Source: a virus. Taken from it: DNA of 64,000 bases. The notes beneath the pieces are model-generated. The model did not search any database, was not told the DNA's origin, and saw only the letters and a program-made list of their open reading frames with translations. The DNA is taken from positions 1-64,000 of the IMG/VR virus record IMGVR_UViG_3300050821_004356; one strand, 5' to 3'. Made by a program: the position numbers and the translations under genes. Positions 9,601-19,900 of this stretch are shown in pieces; the stretch's first letter is position 1, and the number at the start of each line of letters is the position of its first letter.

Positions 9601-11516
9601 TTGTGTCTAACGCAGCGGCCGTAAACGAGACGCATACGCAAACAGCTGTTTTGAATGCTTGGGGAACAACTTATGGTGCGACTACTCAAGACGGTAATCT
9701 TACTTGGACTTGTGTAGGGCCTTCGGTTACGTGGACTGCCTCGACCATTTGGAACTTGCCATTGGTGGGTTTTGCTCCTCCACAACTAACTCAACCGTAT
9801 GGCGGGTCGTCTGTCGACGCTGCAAACGGGACGGTACAAGCTGTCATCGTTTCTGGTAAGTCGGCGTCATCCGGCCCACCCGCGTTTGGTGTTGTTGGAA
9901 CGACGACGATGGAAGGGCCATCTTCGCCGCAGCTAACATGGTATGCCGAATCTTTAGCTAGTACGAACTCTTTAGCATTTACGAAAGGGTATTCGTGGGC
10001 ATACAGCTACAAGGCCCGCGCGCTAGATGATATCTATTCTGCGCCCCCTTTAGGCGGTATTGACGGCGTGCAGCAAATTCCACCAGGTACTACACAGACG
10101 CTACCTGCGCCATTTGGCTCAGAAACTAACGCCGTGTCATCCGCGTCTCCAGCAAACGTGACGGTAGGGTCAAACGCAGGCGCTGTAATCACTGTTAGTG
10201 GCGTTTATTCAAGCGATCCACAAGTTGATACGATTATTATTTGGAGATCAGTCGACGGTGGTGGATCAAGTCAGATGTTTGAATTGACAGAAATTCCGAA
10301 CGTTGTTGGTGGCGGCGTGTGGCACTTCCAAGATTTTTTGCCTGATATCGCCAACGGAATATATCCCGGATTAAACACGTTGATCCCTGCGCCAATCAAT
10401 GGTGTTAACGATCCACCTGTGTCAACGTTCTTGCCTCAAGTTTATCACTTCCAGCGTATATTTGGAATAGACGGGCAGTTCGTAGCGTTCTCTGGCGGTC
10501 CAGACACACACGTCGGCAATCCCGACGAAGCTTTTTCTGCGGTAGATTCGTTGCCGTTTTTGGCACCAGTCAATCGCGTGGTAAAATCCGCACAAGGTCT
10601 TTTTACCTTTTTAACAAATAGCATCGAGTTCATAGGTGGCGGCCCCGCAACGTCGTCGTTCTCATCTATAACGGCCGCTCCGGGAATAGGCTTGTTAAGT
10701 TGGAACGCCCTCGACGTGTTCGCAGGCGAAATTTACTTCTTCTCGGCAGATAACCAATTCCGTGTTATGACGCCTTCGTTGAATATCACAAACGCGGGAT
10801 TTCCGATTGGGGATCAGTTCGCTAACCAGCCTACATCGGGCGCGATGTCGAGCGGGGTTAATATGACGTGGGACCCGAAGCAGGTATATGTAGCGTCATA
10901 TCAGAACGGTACCGATAACGCCATTTTTGTCGGCGATGGCAATACCGGTTGGTATAGATTGAACCCCCGCCAAGCTGGGGCGATGCCCAATACCGAGCCT
11001 GTATGGTCTCCGTACGCTATAATTACCAACGGTTGCCAAATGGTTGTGTCTGTGAATACTTCACAAGGCATTAGTCAGTTGTTGGTCGGACCACAACTTC
11101 AAAATCAAACCATCTTGGTTCGCAACCAACTTGTTTTTACCGATAACGGGACACAATATGATGCATTTTTTGAAATGGGTAACATCGTGTTGGTCAACCA
11201 AGGACAAATAGCGGCTTTGAAATTCTGCGCTTTTGATTTTAGCAACGTGAGTTTCCAACCGACGGTGAGCTATTTGTTGAATGAGATTGCAGGTAACTTC
11301 GTTCAATTTACTTTAAATCCAGTGTTTGATCCACCGTCTCTATACGGACAAACGATAACCCCAGGGTCTTATTCCCCCAACAGGTATTATTTCTCAGGCA
11401 CAGGTTCTTTGGCTCGCTGCCGACACTTACGTATTCGAGTTGATTACGGCAAGACGTCAATCGGTGATGAGATTTTTAATACTAATATTTTCGGACGCTT
11501 GTTCACAGAGGCATAA
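6687..11516 (+). CDS. Tail nozzle/stabilisation protein (tubular protein B / P22 gp10-like) with inserted DUF3494 ice-binding-like domain and repeated beta modules
   Basis: N-terminal NVELS...LKRRPG, C-terminal propeller-like region ending RCRHLRIRV; DUF3494 motifs at ~6957-7590; three GF.N..N.G.F.V modules. Confidence 0.7.
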   Translation: MASLLEQSGGQPQKQPRYASVFNSRFFTGLYTQRAALHSAADIYTERFYGGRPEALWLGANVELSNNFTLKRRPGLSPFRTGGISFGIAGVQLGTAGLYAALGYSGITNTGNTVISGGNIGSFPTNSISGFPPGTFVPPAAYVTATAQNQTDLTAAFVFFNGLTPVPIGGSFGTTTFTATATGYNGAPGFVGAASSTLHFTGGTVTLDGAGLSNPVFVFQVGSALNVDTAATTINLINGASAVNVVWVVGSATTFDAHTHIWAGNILATSGITLNGGTLTGRALVTTGPVTISSATNINMPTVPFGPQPGGGPGNGYIYPTQPLTAYSFQLIDGTIRVIIDTGSTGPSESDTITSVAASVNGQAVYTGSFTSGANNGLQGQSVTVAGFTNSSNNGVFAVFQSTATTLTLVNASAISESHAATAATIFLTSVAAASGTGGPGGTATTVYTGTITNGAPTVSSPNGAYAGLIFLISGFGNGANKGAFVCVASTNTTLTLANPNGLMETANGTAVSAGAVYWDQQNGNAQLLFAKSPGAGQTHFIGSGGILFFGDGVDVKKYTPLNVNFPTGSTVSVWNWGITAPAAQPGIQIVSSGAASTVWQANTIFSTMGLTYDATNHQVWQLIGVNADPTNPNITNAQFGTSGTGGPPWNQSLYGTTTETTGLTWQNVGQLAPWAPSFVYGDAGVNGTAAPVVVYDSTTSAVYLNFNGGGGLSRSGTVKPPFTPTAGWNYTEQNGAGGTSGGITYNQPHWFFFCTYAQAQAWKPSHSYSNWYVTGVPLGTGARAVANVAFEPFIFPPPTVGLNGNPPTAVYLQVPTSTGTSGSTYTPFPAVPLNVGQQQTDGQLLWQNVSTPFGGALSGVWHASTTYVPWTISGAAFGVIFDGTNLQVVTKTKSGGPDLSGTVAPGTTIAAAVTTTVAASTPLSGEATYTLSTGSWVNNPPPNSYVTFTGFTNAGNNGTFQVVSSTNNSVVVSNAAAVNETHTQTAVLNAWGTTYGATTQDGNLTWTCVGPSVTWTASTIWNLPLVGFAPPQLTQPYGGSSVDAANGTVQAVIVSGKSASSGPPAFGVVGTTTMEGPSSPQLTWYAESLASTNSLAFTKGYSWAYSYKARALDDIYSAPPLGGIDGVQQIPPGTTQTLPAPFGSETNAVSSASPANVTVGSNAGAVITVSGVYSSDPQVDTIIIWRSVDGGGSSQMFELTEIPNVVGGGVWHFQDFLPDIANGIYPGLNTLIPAPINGVNDPPVSTFLPQVYHFQRIFGIDGQFVAFSGGPDTHVGNPDEAFSAVDSLPFLAPVNRVVKSAQGLFTFLTNSIEFIGGGPATSSFSSITAAPGIGLLSWNALDVFAGEIYFFSADNQFRVMTPSLNITNAGFPIGDQFANQPTSGAMSSGVNMTWDPKQVYVASYQNGTDNAIFVGDGNTGWYRLNPRQAGAMPNTEPVWSPYAIITNGCQMVVSVNTSQGISQLLVGPQLQNQTILVRNQLVFTDNGTQYDAFFEMGNIVLVNQGQIAALKFCAFDFSNVSFQPTVSYLLNEIAGNFVQFTLNPVFDPPSLYGQTITPGSYSPNRYYFSGTGSLARCRHLRIRVDYGKTSIGDEIFNTNIFGRLFTEA

Positions 11517-11525
11517 AGGTATATA

Positions 11526-13364
11526 GTGGCAGATAATTCACCATCTATAAACGAAGAGGCAGGGCTTGGCCCAAACTGGAAGCCTATTGATGCGCCACCC
11601 ATAACTGGACGGCCAAGTCCACCATCAATTGGTGATATAACGCCCGTGATTCCGCAGTATTTCCAAGGTTCAATCGATCCGTCAATTCAGCACGACGTGA
11701 ACTTTGTAAACACGGCTCTTAGATCAACGAGCGCTCCTAGATTCGCTTTGATGCCTCCGGGAGTACAAAGCGTCGCGCTGACTTCTGCGCAAATTACAAG
11801 CGTAGCTAGTAGTGCTGCCTCTGCAGGTACAGGTCCCGGTCAGGGTGGCAGCGGCGGTGGTGGCGGAACAGGCGGCTCGGACTCTGATCAGATAACACTG
11901 GATATTCCGAGTATATTTACCCCTGTAACCCAAACGGTTACTTTGCCTGGGCCTTTAGAGTTTACGTTGGCTCCTGAGCCCGCCGGAACTGTTTTTTCTG
12001 GCCCCACCAACGCAGCTGTTGGTTTCGATGGCGCGTTCTTCAACACTGCGGCATCTTCTGGGGCGGGGAGTCTTACTGTTATTGGGGGAGTCCCGTCCAA
12101 TCCCAGCGGAGAGTATGCAGTTTATATTGCGGCGGGCGGGAATATCGCTGGTGCCCTTACTTTTACAGGTGCTCCTGCGGGATGGACCGTGCTCGGAGAA
12201 TCAACTGGCGTAAGTCCAGAGTATGCGATAGCGGTCCCTTCAACGGGCGTATCTGCTGTCGACACTTGGGCCGCTGGTCCGTCGGAAGCAAGTGGCATGA
12301 TCGTATACTTGAACGGCGCGTTACCATCGCTTTCTAATTTTGCTGCTGCGACACCGGGTAACACCTCCGTCTCTAAAGCATTAACGGGCATGACGGTTGG
12401 TAACAGTATTTTGGTTTTGTGTCATTGCACTCTACGCTTTTCAGTCGTCAGTGGAGTGCTATCGGATTCTCAAGGAAATACACCGATTTTACTCGGTACG
12501 GTGGGACAACCTTTTGGTGTCGGCGGCTCTATATTCGGATCACAGGTCTTCGTATACCTGATTCCTGCCGTATCGGCTGCCTCTGATACAGTGACTTTCT
12601 CTGTATCGCCAGCAAGTACATCGAACTCTTTGCGCATGGCTTTGTATGAGATTCCGCCTTCGAGCGCGATTGCGGCTATCCCTAGATTTCAGTTGCCGCC
12701 TCCTCCAAACGTTAGTAACGTCACTGGAATCTTATCTCCAGCGAACGGTGGGACGGGCGCGAATTTATCAACCACGGGTGGTCCTTCCGAAGTTGTAATG
12801 CAGACTACGGTGGGTGGTGCCTTTACGGTAGCGCAGTTAGCGGCGTCTGATTTGAGTAACGGAACCACAGGTAGTGGCGCGATTGTATTGTCCAATTCTC
12901 CCACGCTAGCAGGTAGCGTTATATTCACTGGTAAAATTACAAGTTACAACAATCTTGCCACCGTGAGTAACGGCATCCCGGAAGAAATCGCTACCATTGA
13001 TTTAATCAATCAAGCAGCCGCAATTACCCCTACGACACTATACGTGGTTACGGCGGGTCGCCCAGGTATGTATCGAATCTCTTGGGTCGCGACAGTGACT
13101 CAAGCGGACGCCGTGTCTTCTACTCTGGGACCTTTTCAGATTTTATATACTGATTTCGACACATCCGTGGTTAAAACTATGCCGGGAACGGTCGTGGCTG
13201 GCGTAGACAGCAACACTACGAACAGTACATCAACAGGAACTATTTCGGGATGCTTCATCGCCTACGTCGCGGCGTCCACCACCATTCAATATCAGATGGG
13301 CTATACGTCAGGTGTAACGCCCATGCAATACAACCTACATATAAAAGCCGAGTTACTAGGATGA
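11526..13364 (+). CDS. Putative tail fibre/spike
   Basis: 612 aa, G/S/T/A-rich, VTGILSPANGGTG fibre-type motif; position after the nozzle. Confidence 0.6.
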   Translation: MADNSPSINEEAGLGPNWKPIDAPPITGRPSPPSIGDITPVIPQYFQGSIDPSIQHDVNFVNTALRSTSAPRFALMPPGVQSVALTSAQITSVASSAASAGTGPGQGGSGGGGGTGGSDSDQITLDIPSIFTPVTQTVTLPGPLEFTLAPEPAGTVFSGPTNAAVGFDGAFFNTAASSGAGSLTVIGGVPSNPSGEYAVYIAAGGNIAGALTFTGAPAGWTVLGESTGVSPEYAIAVPSTGVSAVDTWAAGPSEASGMIVYLNGALPSLSNFAAATPGNTSVSKALTGMTVGNSILVLCHCTLRFSVVSGVLSDSQGNTPILLGTVGQPFGVGGSIFGSQVFVYLIPAVSAASDTVTFSVSPASTSNSLRMALYEIPPSSAIAAIPRFQLPPPPNVSNVTGILSPANGGTGANLSTTGGPSEVVMQTTVGGAFTVAQLAASDLSNGTTGSGAIVLSNSPTLAGSVIFTGKITSYNNLATVSNGIPEEIATIDLINQAAAITPTTLYVVTAGRPGMYRISWVATVTQADAVSSTLGPFQILYTDFDTSVVKTMPGTVVAGVDSNTTNSTSTGTISGCFIAYVAASTTIQYQMGYTSGVTPMQYNLHIKAELLG

Positions 13365-13792
13365 TAAGACTGACTGAAACAACCCAATCGGATATAGAAC
13401 AAATTCGAGAGTGGCTCGCCTGCGATCCTTGGCACAAGGATGATTCACGAAACGTTCCCGAACTTATGACGACAGGCAACGGTTTACTTTCTTATTGTTT
13501 GCAAGATGATGAAGGACCGATAGCATACGTTAAACTTACTGAGGAAGGTGAGTTGGTTCGAATCGCTATGCAGTTCGGGCCACAAGAAGAGGTTAGTAAA
13601 AAGCGTTTAGCAGTAGGCTTAGCCGAAGTAGGTATTCCGATTATCAAGGTATTCGCGTTAGAAAATGGATTCAAAGGTTTAGTATACGAGTCTATAAGTC
13701 CGAAGTTAATATTCTTTTGTGAAAAACTAGGTTTTAAAAGCGTAGGTAACGATGACTACGCGATGCTTTTTGGGGAAAATAAAAATGTGTGA
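13361..13792 (+). CDS. GNAT-fold virion assembly protein (T7 gp13-like position)
   Basis: ATG at 13361 overlaps the previous stop; C-terminal FCEKLGF GNAT-like motif; lies immediately before the ejection genes. Confidence 0.55.
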   Translation: MIRLTETTQSDIEQIREWLACDPWHKDDSRNVPELMTTGNGLLSYCLQDDEGPIAYVKLTEEGELVRIAMQFGPQEEVSKKRLAVGLAEVGIPIIKVFALENGFKGLVYESISPKLIFFCEKLGFKSVGNDDYAMLFGENKNV

Positions 13793-14516
13793 TCTTTTCG
13801 GGGGACCGAGCGAGGGAGAAACAACCTCCTACGATAACCAAGTAGGTATAACGAACTCAATGCGTTCTGCGTTTAACCAGCAATACGGCCAGCAACAAGG
13901 CGTGTTGGGACAGCTTAACGCACAGATCATGCGTATTCAGTCCGGACAAACAGGCCCTGGTTACGGCGGCGCTGAAAACGCGTCCAATATCGCGTTGATT
14001 CAAAATCAGGGCGCAGCACAAGCTCGCAATGCCATCCAAGCAGAACGTACACAGTCAGCCGGTGTCGGCGGTGGCGGGACAAGCGGTTTGGCTCGTTCAG
14101 CAGCTATTAACCGTCAGATTTCCGGTGGTATCGAAGCTTTGGCAGGCGCAAATACATCAAATCAATTAATCGGTGAACAAGCGGCGAATTACGCCCAAGG
14201 TCGTGCGAGTGCTCAGTCTGCCGTACAAGGTTTTCAAGCGCTCGCGGGAGACTATAATCCACTAGGGTATGCAAACGCATCAAGCAGTAGCAACCAGGCA
14301 CAGTTTGGTCAAGCCGATAAAATTAATCAACAGAAGATCGCAGCAAGTCAAGCAGAACTCGGCATGATTGAGAAGGGTGCAGCAACGGTGGCAACCGCTG
14401 GTGCGGGTGGTTTTGCCGCATTAGGTGGTGGAGAAAGTTTTGGCGAAGGTCTTTCGGACTTCGCGTCAGGGGCTTCCAATGCCACGTTTGGAACTAACTT
14501 TGGTATCAACGGATAA
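13785..14516 (+). CDS. Internal virion/ejection protein 1
   Basis: Starts MC; Q/A/G-rich helical sequence with glycine-rich hydrophobic C-terminus typical of podovirus core proteins. Confidence 0.6.
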   Translation: MCDLFGGPSEGETTSYDNQVGITNSMRSAFNQQYGQQQGVLGQLNAQIMRIQSGQTGPGYGGAENASNIALIQNQGAAQARNAIQAERTQSAGVGGGGTSGLARSAAINRQISGGIEALAGANTSNQLIGEQAANYAQGRASAQSAVQGFQALAGDYNPLGYANASSSSNQAQFGQADKINQQKIAASQAELGMIEKGAATVATAGAGGFAALGGGESFGEGLSDFASGASNATFGTNFGING

Positions 14517-14521
14517 GTGAA

Positions 14522-16924
14522 ATGAATACGCCACCACAAACTGAACAAGACGGATACCAACAGCTGTCGAACGCTGTCGGACCTAATCCTGCGCCAGCTA
14601 TTCCGAATTTGGACATCGCGAACTCGATGGTTGCGACACCAGGTGGTATCCTGTTGCCGCCTCAACAAGCTCCTGCGTCTTCGGCCGCACCAACCGCTCC
14701 CGGAGCAACAAGTTCGACGAATGCTGCACCCGCGCGCGACTGGCACACACAGCTAGGGGCCGCTGCACAGAAACTCATGATCGGAGGTATGGACCCGTTG
14801 AACGCATTGGTAGCTGGCGGCGTCCACGCCCTTGCTAATCTTAACAAAACAGCGCCTAGCGATACGCCTGCGCCTAGCAACACGACCTGGGATGCTGCGC
14901 AATCAAACACTGATGCAACGCAGCCGACTACTGCACCGCGCCCGCAACCATCAAACGCCAACAAAGTTATCCACGGAGTTGAGGCTAATTTGGGTGATCT
15001 CGCATCAGCCACAGAAGGCGGCACCGCAGGTGGTCCTATTGCGGGCGCATTTCGTGTTGCGAAAGCATCTACAACCCGCCAACGCGAAGAGCAAGAAAAC
15101 AATATCAAAATGGCTACTTCGAACGCGGCTATGCTTCACGAGCAACAGCTGCTCCACAAGACTGGTGAAGACGCCGTTCAAGCATCGTTGGCAATAGGCA
15201 AGCAATCTGCGGATGAAATGTTAGCGGCCCCGCACGCTGAAACTATTGCATCAGGAAAAAACTCAGATGAAATTAAGAAAATGATCGATAGTAAGGTACT
15301 CGACCCGTCCAAAGATGCAATATTCTTGACAGGTCGTGTTCTAACTGGTACCGATCAAAACGGTTTGCCGACATATCGTTCGACTTATTCTGTAATCAAA
15401 CCAGGCGACCGCATCCACCCTAGTCAAGAAAATATAGATTTTTTGAACAAATACCTCCCAGGTCAAGATTTCAAGGGGCCTGAAGACGTAGAAGAAGGTA
15501 AAGAAGGTCAGTCGTTCGACTCACACACATACTACATGCTGAATCAGCGCGCAATGAACCGCTTCGCAGATATGCAAGCTATCGCGAAGACCTCGGCAGA
15601 GACCGAAGACAAGGTACATAAGGCCTTACTTGAAAAAGGAAGCCAGGAACTCAGTGGCAATCAATACGTACAAGCCGCCATTCGTGATGTTCCTCCAGTT
15701 AAAGGCGGCGATCCGTTTTTGTTCCAAAAGGCATTCAACATTTTGGCTCGCGAAGCTGCGCTCGATCCAAATATTGCAAAGCAACTTCCTAAGAATTGGC
15801 AACAACAGTTCGCTTATACTTATGGCGGCGGCGAAACTAAGAAGTTCGAAGACCAGATGACGCAGTTAAGCAAGCTGCAAGAGAAGGCTCAAGATACTCA
15901 AAACGACATGTTGGATATCGCGATGAACAAGCCGCAAGAGATGGAGGGCCATACGCCCGCGTTTCAAGCAGCTTTAACCAAGATAGCAAATGACGCGGCC
16001 CAACCTCCCGAGAGACGCCAGAAAGCCACCGAGCTTTTAGGTGTAGTCAAAGACATTCGAGACGGTGAAGTACAAATAGAAAAAGATAAAGCTGCCGGTA
16101 AGAAACAAGCGGAAACAGGTTTTGTTGGCGATCCTACCGCCACAACTCCGGAAGGGTTTTTAAATAGTCTTACGCCGTCAGAACAGTCGCTTGTAAAACA
16201 AATAGGAACTGGAAAAATAACACTGTCTCGTATGGATTATTTGGTTTCTCGCAAGCCAGAAGTACTTGAGGCGGTCGGAAAGGCATTCCCGGATTTCGAT
16301 TCGTCGAAGGCAGGAAGCTATCCAGCTACTTATAAAGATTTCACGTCTGGAAAGACAGCCACAGCTTTGAATGCAGGTGGCACGGCTATGGGTCACTTGA
16401 AAGAGTTATATGACCTTAACACCCCTATGAGCCATATACCTCATACACCTGCGTGGACAGCGTATCAAAACAAGGCCGATACCCTGGCGACAGAGTTGGC
16501 TAAGTTTTATGGGGACGCGACAATCCCCGCTATTGCTGCGATTAAGGAAACACTAACATCTACGTTGCCTGGTAACAGAGAATCAGCCATCAAGACTCAG
16601 GCTCAATCTATGAACGATAAGTTAGAGTCCTTTGAACAACAGTGGAAGAACGCGGCACCAAGCAAAGCTTATGAAGCACCGCTTCCGTTCATTTCTCCAC
16701 AAGCAAAGAAAGCTTTCGCCAGTTTGAATCCGATATACGCTGCTGCCCATCCAGAATTAAACACTGGAAACCAACAACAGGATCAACAAACACAGTCGCA
16801 AACTCAAGCCACTCCATCGCAAACAGCTGGCGGGGGCGTGATTGTAAATACACCAGACGGGCCTGTTTCATTCAAAACTCAACAACTAGCAGACGCGTTT
16901 AGACTTAAACACGGACTAAAATAA
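14522..16924 (+). CDS. Internal virion/ejection protein 2
   Basis: 800-aa helical, A/Q/K-rich, Cys-free; position. Confidence 0.6.
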   Translation: MNTPPQTEQDGYQQLSNAVGPNPAPAIPNLDIANSMVATPGGILLPPQQAPASSAAPTAPGATSSTNAAPARDWHTQLGAAAQKLMIGGMDPLNALVAGGVHALANLNKTAPSDTPAPSNTTWDAAQSNTDATQPTTAPRPQPSNANKVIHGVEANLGDLASATEGGTAGGPIAGAFRVAKASTTRQREEQENNIKMATSNAAMLHEQQLLHKTGEDAVQASLAIGKQSADEMLAAPHAETIASGKNSDEIKKMIDSKVLDPSKDAIFLTGRVLTGTDQNGLPTYRSTYSVIKPGDRIHPSQENIDFLNKYLPGQDFKGPEDVEEGKEGQSFDSHTYYMLNQRAMNRFADMQAIAKTSAETEDKVHKALLEKGSQELSGNQYVQAAIRDVPPVKGGDPFLFQKAFNILAREAALDPNIAKQLPKNWQQQFAYTYGGGETKKFEDQMTQLSKLQEKAQDTQNDMLDIAMNKPQEMEGHTPAFQAALTKIANDAAQPPERRQKATELLGVVKDIRDGEVQIEKDKAAGKKQAETGFVGDPTATTPEGFLNSLTPSEQSLVKQIGTGKITLSRMDYLVSRKPEVLEAVGKAFPDFDSSKAGSYPATYKDFTSGKTATALNAGGTAMGHLKELYDLNTPMSHIPHTPAWTAYQNKADTLATELAKFYGDATIPAIAAIKETLTSTLPGNRESAIKTQAQSMNDKLESFEQQWKNAAPSKAYEAPLPFISPQAKKAFASLNPIYAAAHPELNTGNQQQDQQTQSQTQATPSQTAGGGVIVNTPDGPVSFKTQQLADAFRLKHGLK

Positions 16925-19900
16925 ATGCCTGATCCTCAGGAAACACAGCAGCAAGATATCGGAGCCACAGGACCCGCAACTGATCTTTCAACAAAAGATT
17001 TTCCTGCGGGAACCACAGGTGTGGACGACGGCGTAGCCCATGATGTATCGGGTAAACCGCTCGGTCAAGCAGGGGCTCCTGCGCAAAAAATAGACTATCT
17101 GGCAGAAGCCGCAAAGATGGGTGGTACTCCGGTTCCATCGAAGATTGACTATTTAGCGGAAGCTGCGAAGATGGGCGGCACGCCTGTACCACCTGAGACG
17201 AAGCAAAAAAGTGCTCCGGAACAATCGCACGATCTTTTGACACGCGCACTCTCGTGGGTGATGACAAAACCGCCACAGGATAGCAGCCTCGCGTCGGTAG
17301 CTGCACAAGCGAAAGACAATACATCCTTGGCTCAAGCTAAGAATGTCTCTGACTACATCTATAACAACATTCTTGGAAAAGATACGTACCAACACAATAA
17401 TATATCGTACGACGAAAAACCAACTACAGCTTGGGGCAACGTTAAACAGCGCATGTGGGGCTGGCTGACGCAAGATGAAGTTAACAAGATTCCAGGGCTT
17501 GAGCCCGACCGTGTTCAGATGTTGAATGAACAAGGCAAGGATATACTAGGTTCAATATTTGGTAAAGAAAAGGCAGATCAACTTCGCGAACATATTCTAA
17601 ACGGCAGTTGGGTAGTTAATCAACAACCTGAGGTTTTTGCTCGTGCGGCCGCTAAGTCTGTTACGGACTTTTTCTCCCCAGGCTATTATGCGCTCGGGGC
17701 ATTTGGTAGAGTAGCCCAAGGATATCAGAAGGCGGGTCAAGTAGCAGCTGCGGCCCAAGATTGGACTAAAGCCGCTTCTGCGATGGGCAAAGCTCGTTTG
17801 CTCGGTTTAATAGGCAGCATGGGCGTTAACGTCCCGTTTGCTGCTTCTCAAGCCCACGACTTAGTGGAAAACTGGGACAAGATGAACGTTCCAGAACGCG
17901 TCGCTGCGGTATCCGGTATCGTGGGTGCGTCGATCAACGCCCACATAGGTATTAATGCGGCCGGGGGTTATAAGAAAGTCGCAAGTGATGCGGCTACTGC
18001 AACAGGTCAAGCGGCGTCCGTCGCAACACAAGCGACTAAAAAAGCGGTCGGGTCGATGACAAGTCTCGGCAAAGCGCAGGATTTTAATACAGCTGTTGAG
18101 CGTGCTAGCGATATCACAAAAGCGGGTTTTGCTGACCATCGCGCCAAGATTCAAAATGTATCTCCAGACCTGCAAGCAATTCTTAATGCAAATCCGACTG
18201 TAAATTCCCCTCAAAAATTCGCTAAAGCCATAGACGATCATATTCAGAGTGGCGAACAGGCTCTCTTAGCAGCATCGGGAGCAACTCAGCACGATATAGC
18301 GCCCGTGGTTTCAAATCTTGAAACTCGCTTAGATGATCACCTGGATAAGTTTTTCAGCGACAATCGAGGCAAGTTCGGCACTCAGGATGAGGTCGACGCT
18401 GCGAAAGAAGATATAAAGAACCGTATTATGCAACAAGCCGGTAAGAATCCAGACGGCTCATCGATCCTTCGCGCGCCTAATCTTTTCGAATCGGAAAATA
18501 TACGTCAAGGCTTGAATATAGATGCTGCACCGCAATACCGCACCGATGCCAAGCCGACTACTAACGCATACAAGGCAGGCGCGTTTGAAGCAGCCAAGGT
18601 AATGCGCGAGGTTATCGATGAAGCGTACGGTAATCGAGGCATCGACAATGTCAAAGAACGTCGTCAGAAGGAAGCTAATCTTATTGACGTTCGTGACCGC
18701 TTGGCAATGGCCCAACAGAAAGCAGAAACTATGGGCAACGGCGGGCTGTGGGACGCCTTAATAAAGCGATTTAGTGTTCCGACGGTTATTACCGCCATCG
18801 CTCTCGGCCATAACCCACTAGCTTTAGGGGCATTGGCTCCGTATCTAGCTGGCGACCGCGTATATCAAAACGTCAAGAACCCGAACATTAACGTAGAACG
18901 AGCTAAGAAACTTGCTGCCCCGAACGCATCGGCTACCGAGTTATCCTTCCGTCCCCCAACACCTAGTGGGCAGCCTCCTGCGCTAGGGACTCCACCAGCA
19001 CCTGGAACCCCGTCAACCGGTGGTCCTGTGGTGCCATCTCCTGCGCCTGTAGCGCCTCCTGTGGCCCCTGTCCTTCCTTCGCACCCATCTCAGGACAATC
19101 CTCACCCTCAAGCCGCTCCTGAGCCTCTTCCTGCACCCCATGTGCTAGCTGACCAAGCGGCCGCTGTGGCACCGGCCACGATGGAAGAGCCTGCGACCAA
19201 TCACGCCTTGAACGCCGAGTTAGCGACCCATTTTGGCGAGCCTTTGACCCATGCGACATTAGATGATCGTGTCGAACACGTTAAGAATGATGTCGAAGCA
19301 ATGCGCAAAACTGGCGTAGCGTTGACCCCGGTTCAGACCAAGGTCCTTGGGGCAATCAACGAACACGAAGCTGCGCACACAGAAGCCATCGAGCAAACGC
19401 AAAAGAAGTCTCGGGAAGACGCGTATAAAGTTGCCGAAGAATTGCACAAAATGCTCGCTCAGGAAGCGGCCGAAGAGAAGAAACAAAAGGTAGAAGAGGC
19501 TAAAAAAGCAAAGGCCGCTGAGCCACAAGAAGGACTAAAAAATAAGCAAGCTGCTGCGGCTTCTGTGCTTGATCATACCGAACCTGAAGCAAAGCCGATT
19601 GAGTATACCGACGAAGAAATACCAGTACCACAACAATATAAATATGTTAAGCCACGCAATACTCGTATACACGAGGCTGGGCATATAGTCGGAAGCCACG
19701 CTGCGGGAATGGCACCTTTAGATATCATCTCCCATTTACATCCGGAAGGAGACCCGGATGCGTTAGCGGAAGCTCGTTCCAGTTTAGATTCTTTGAAATA
19801 TACAGATGATCAAATAAAGCTTGGTAAGGATACCCTTGGTTTTGCTATACAACGTGGACAGATCGATCCCGCCAAAGTAAAGGCTAAGTTATCAGAACTC

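Noticed and set aside
14832-15197. 121-aa alternative-frame ORF in ejection protein 2
   Set aside because: TTG start without SD; the Arg/Leu-rich composition is typical of a frame shadow.
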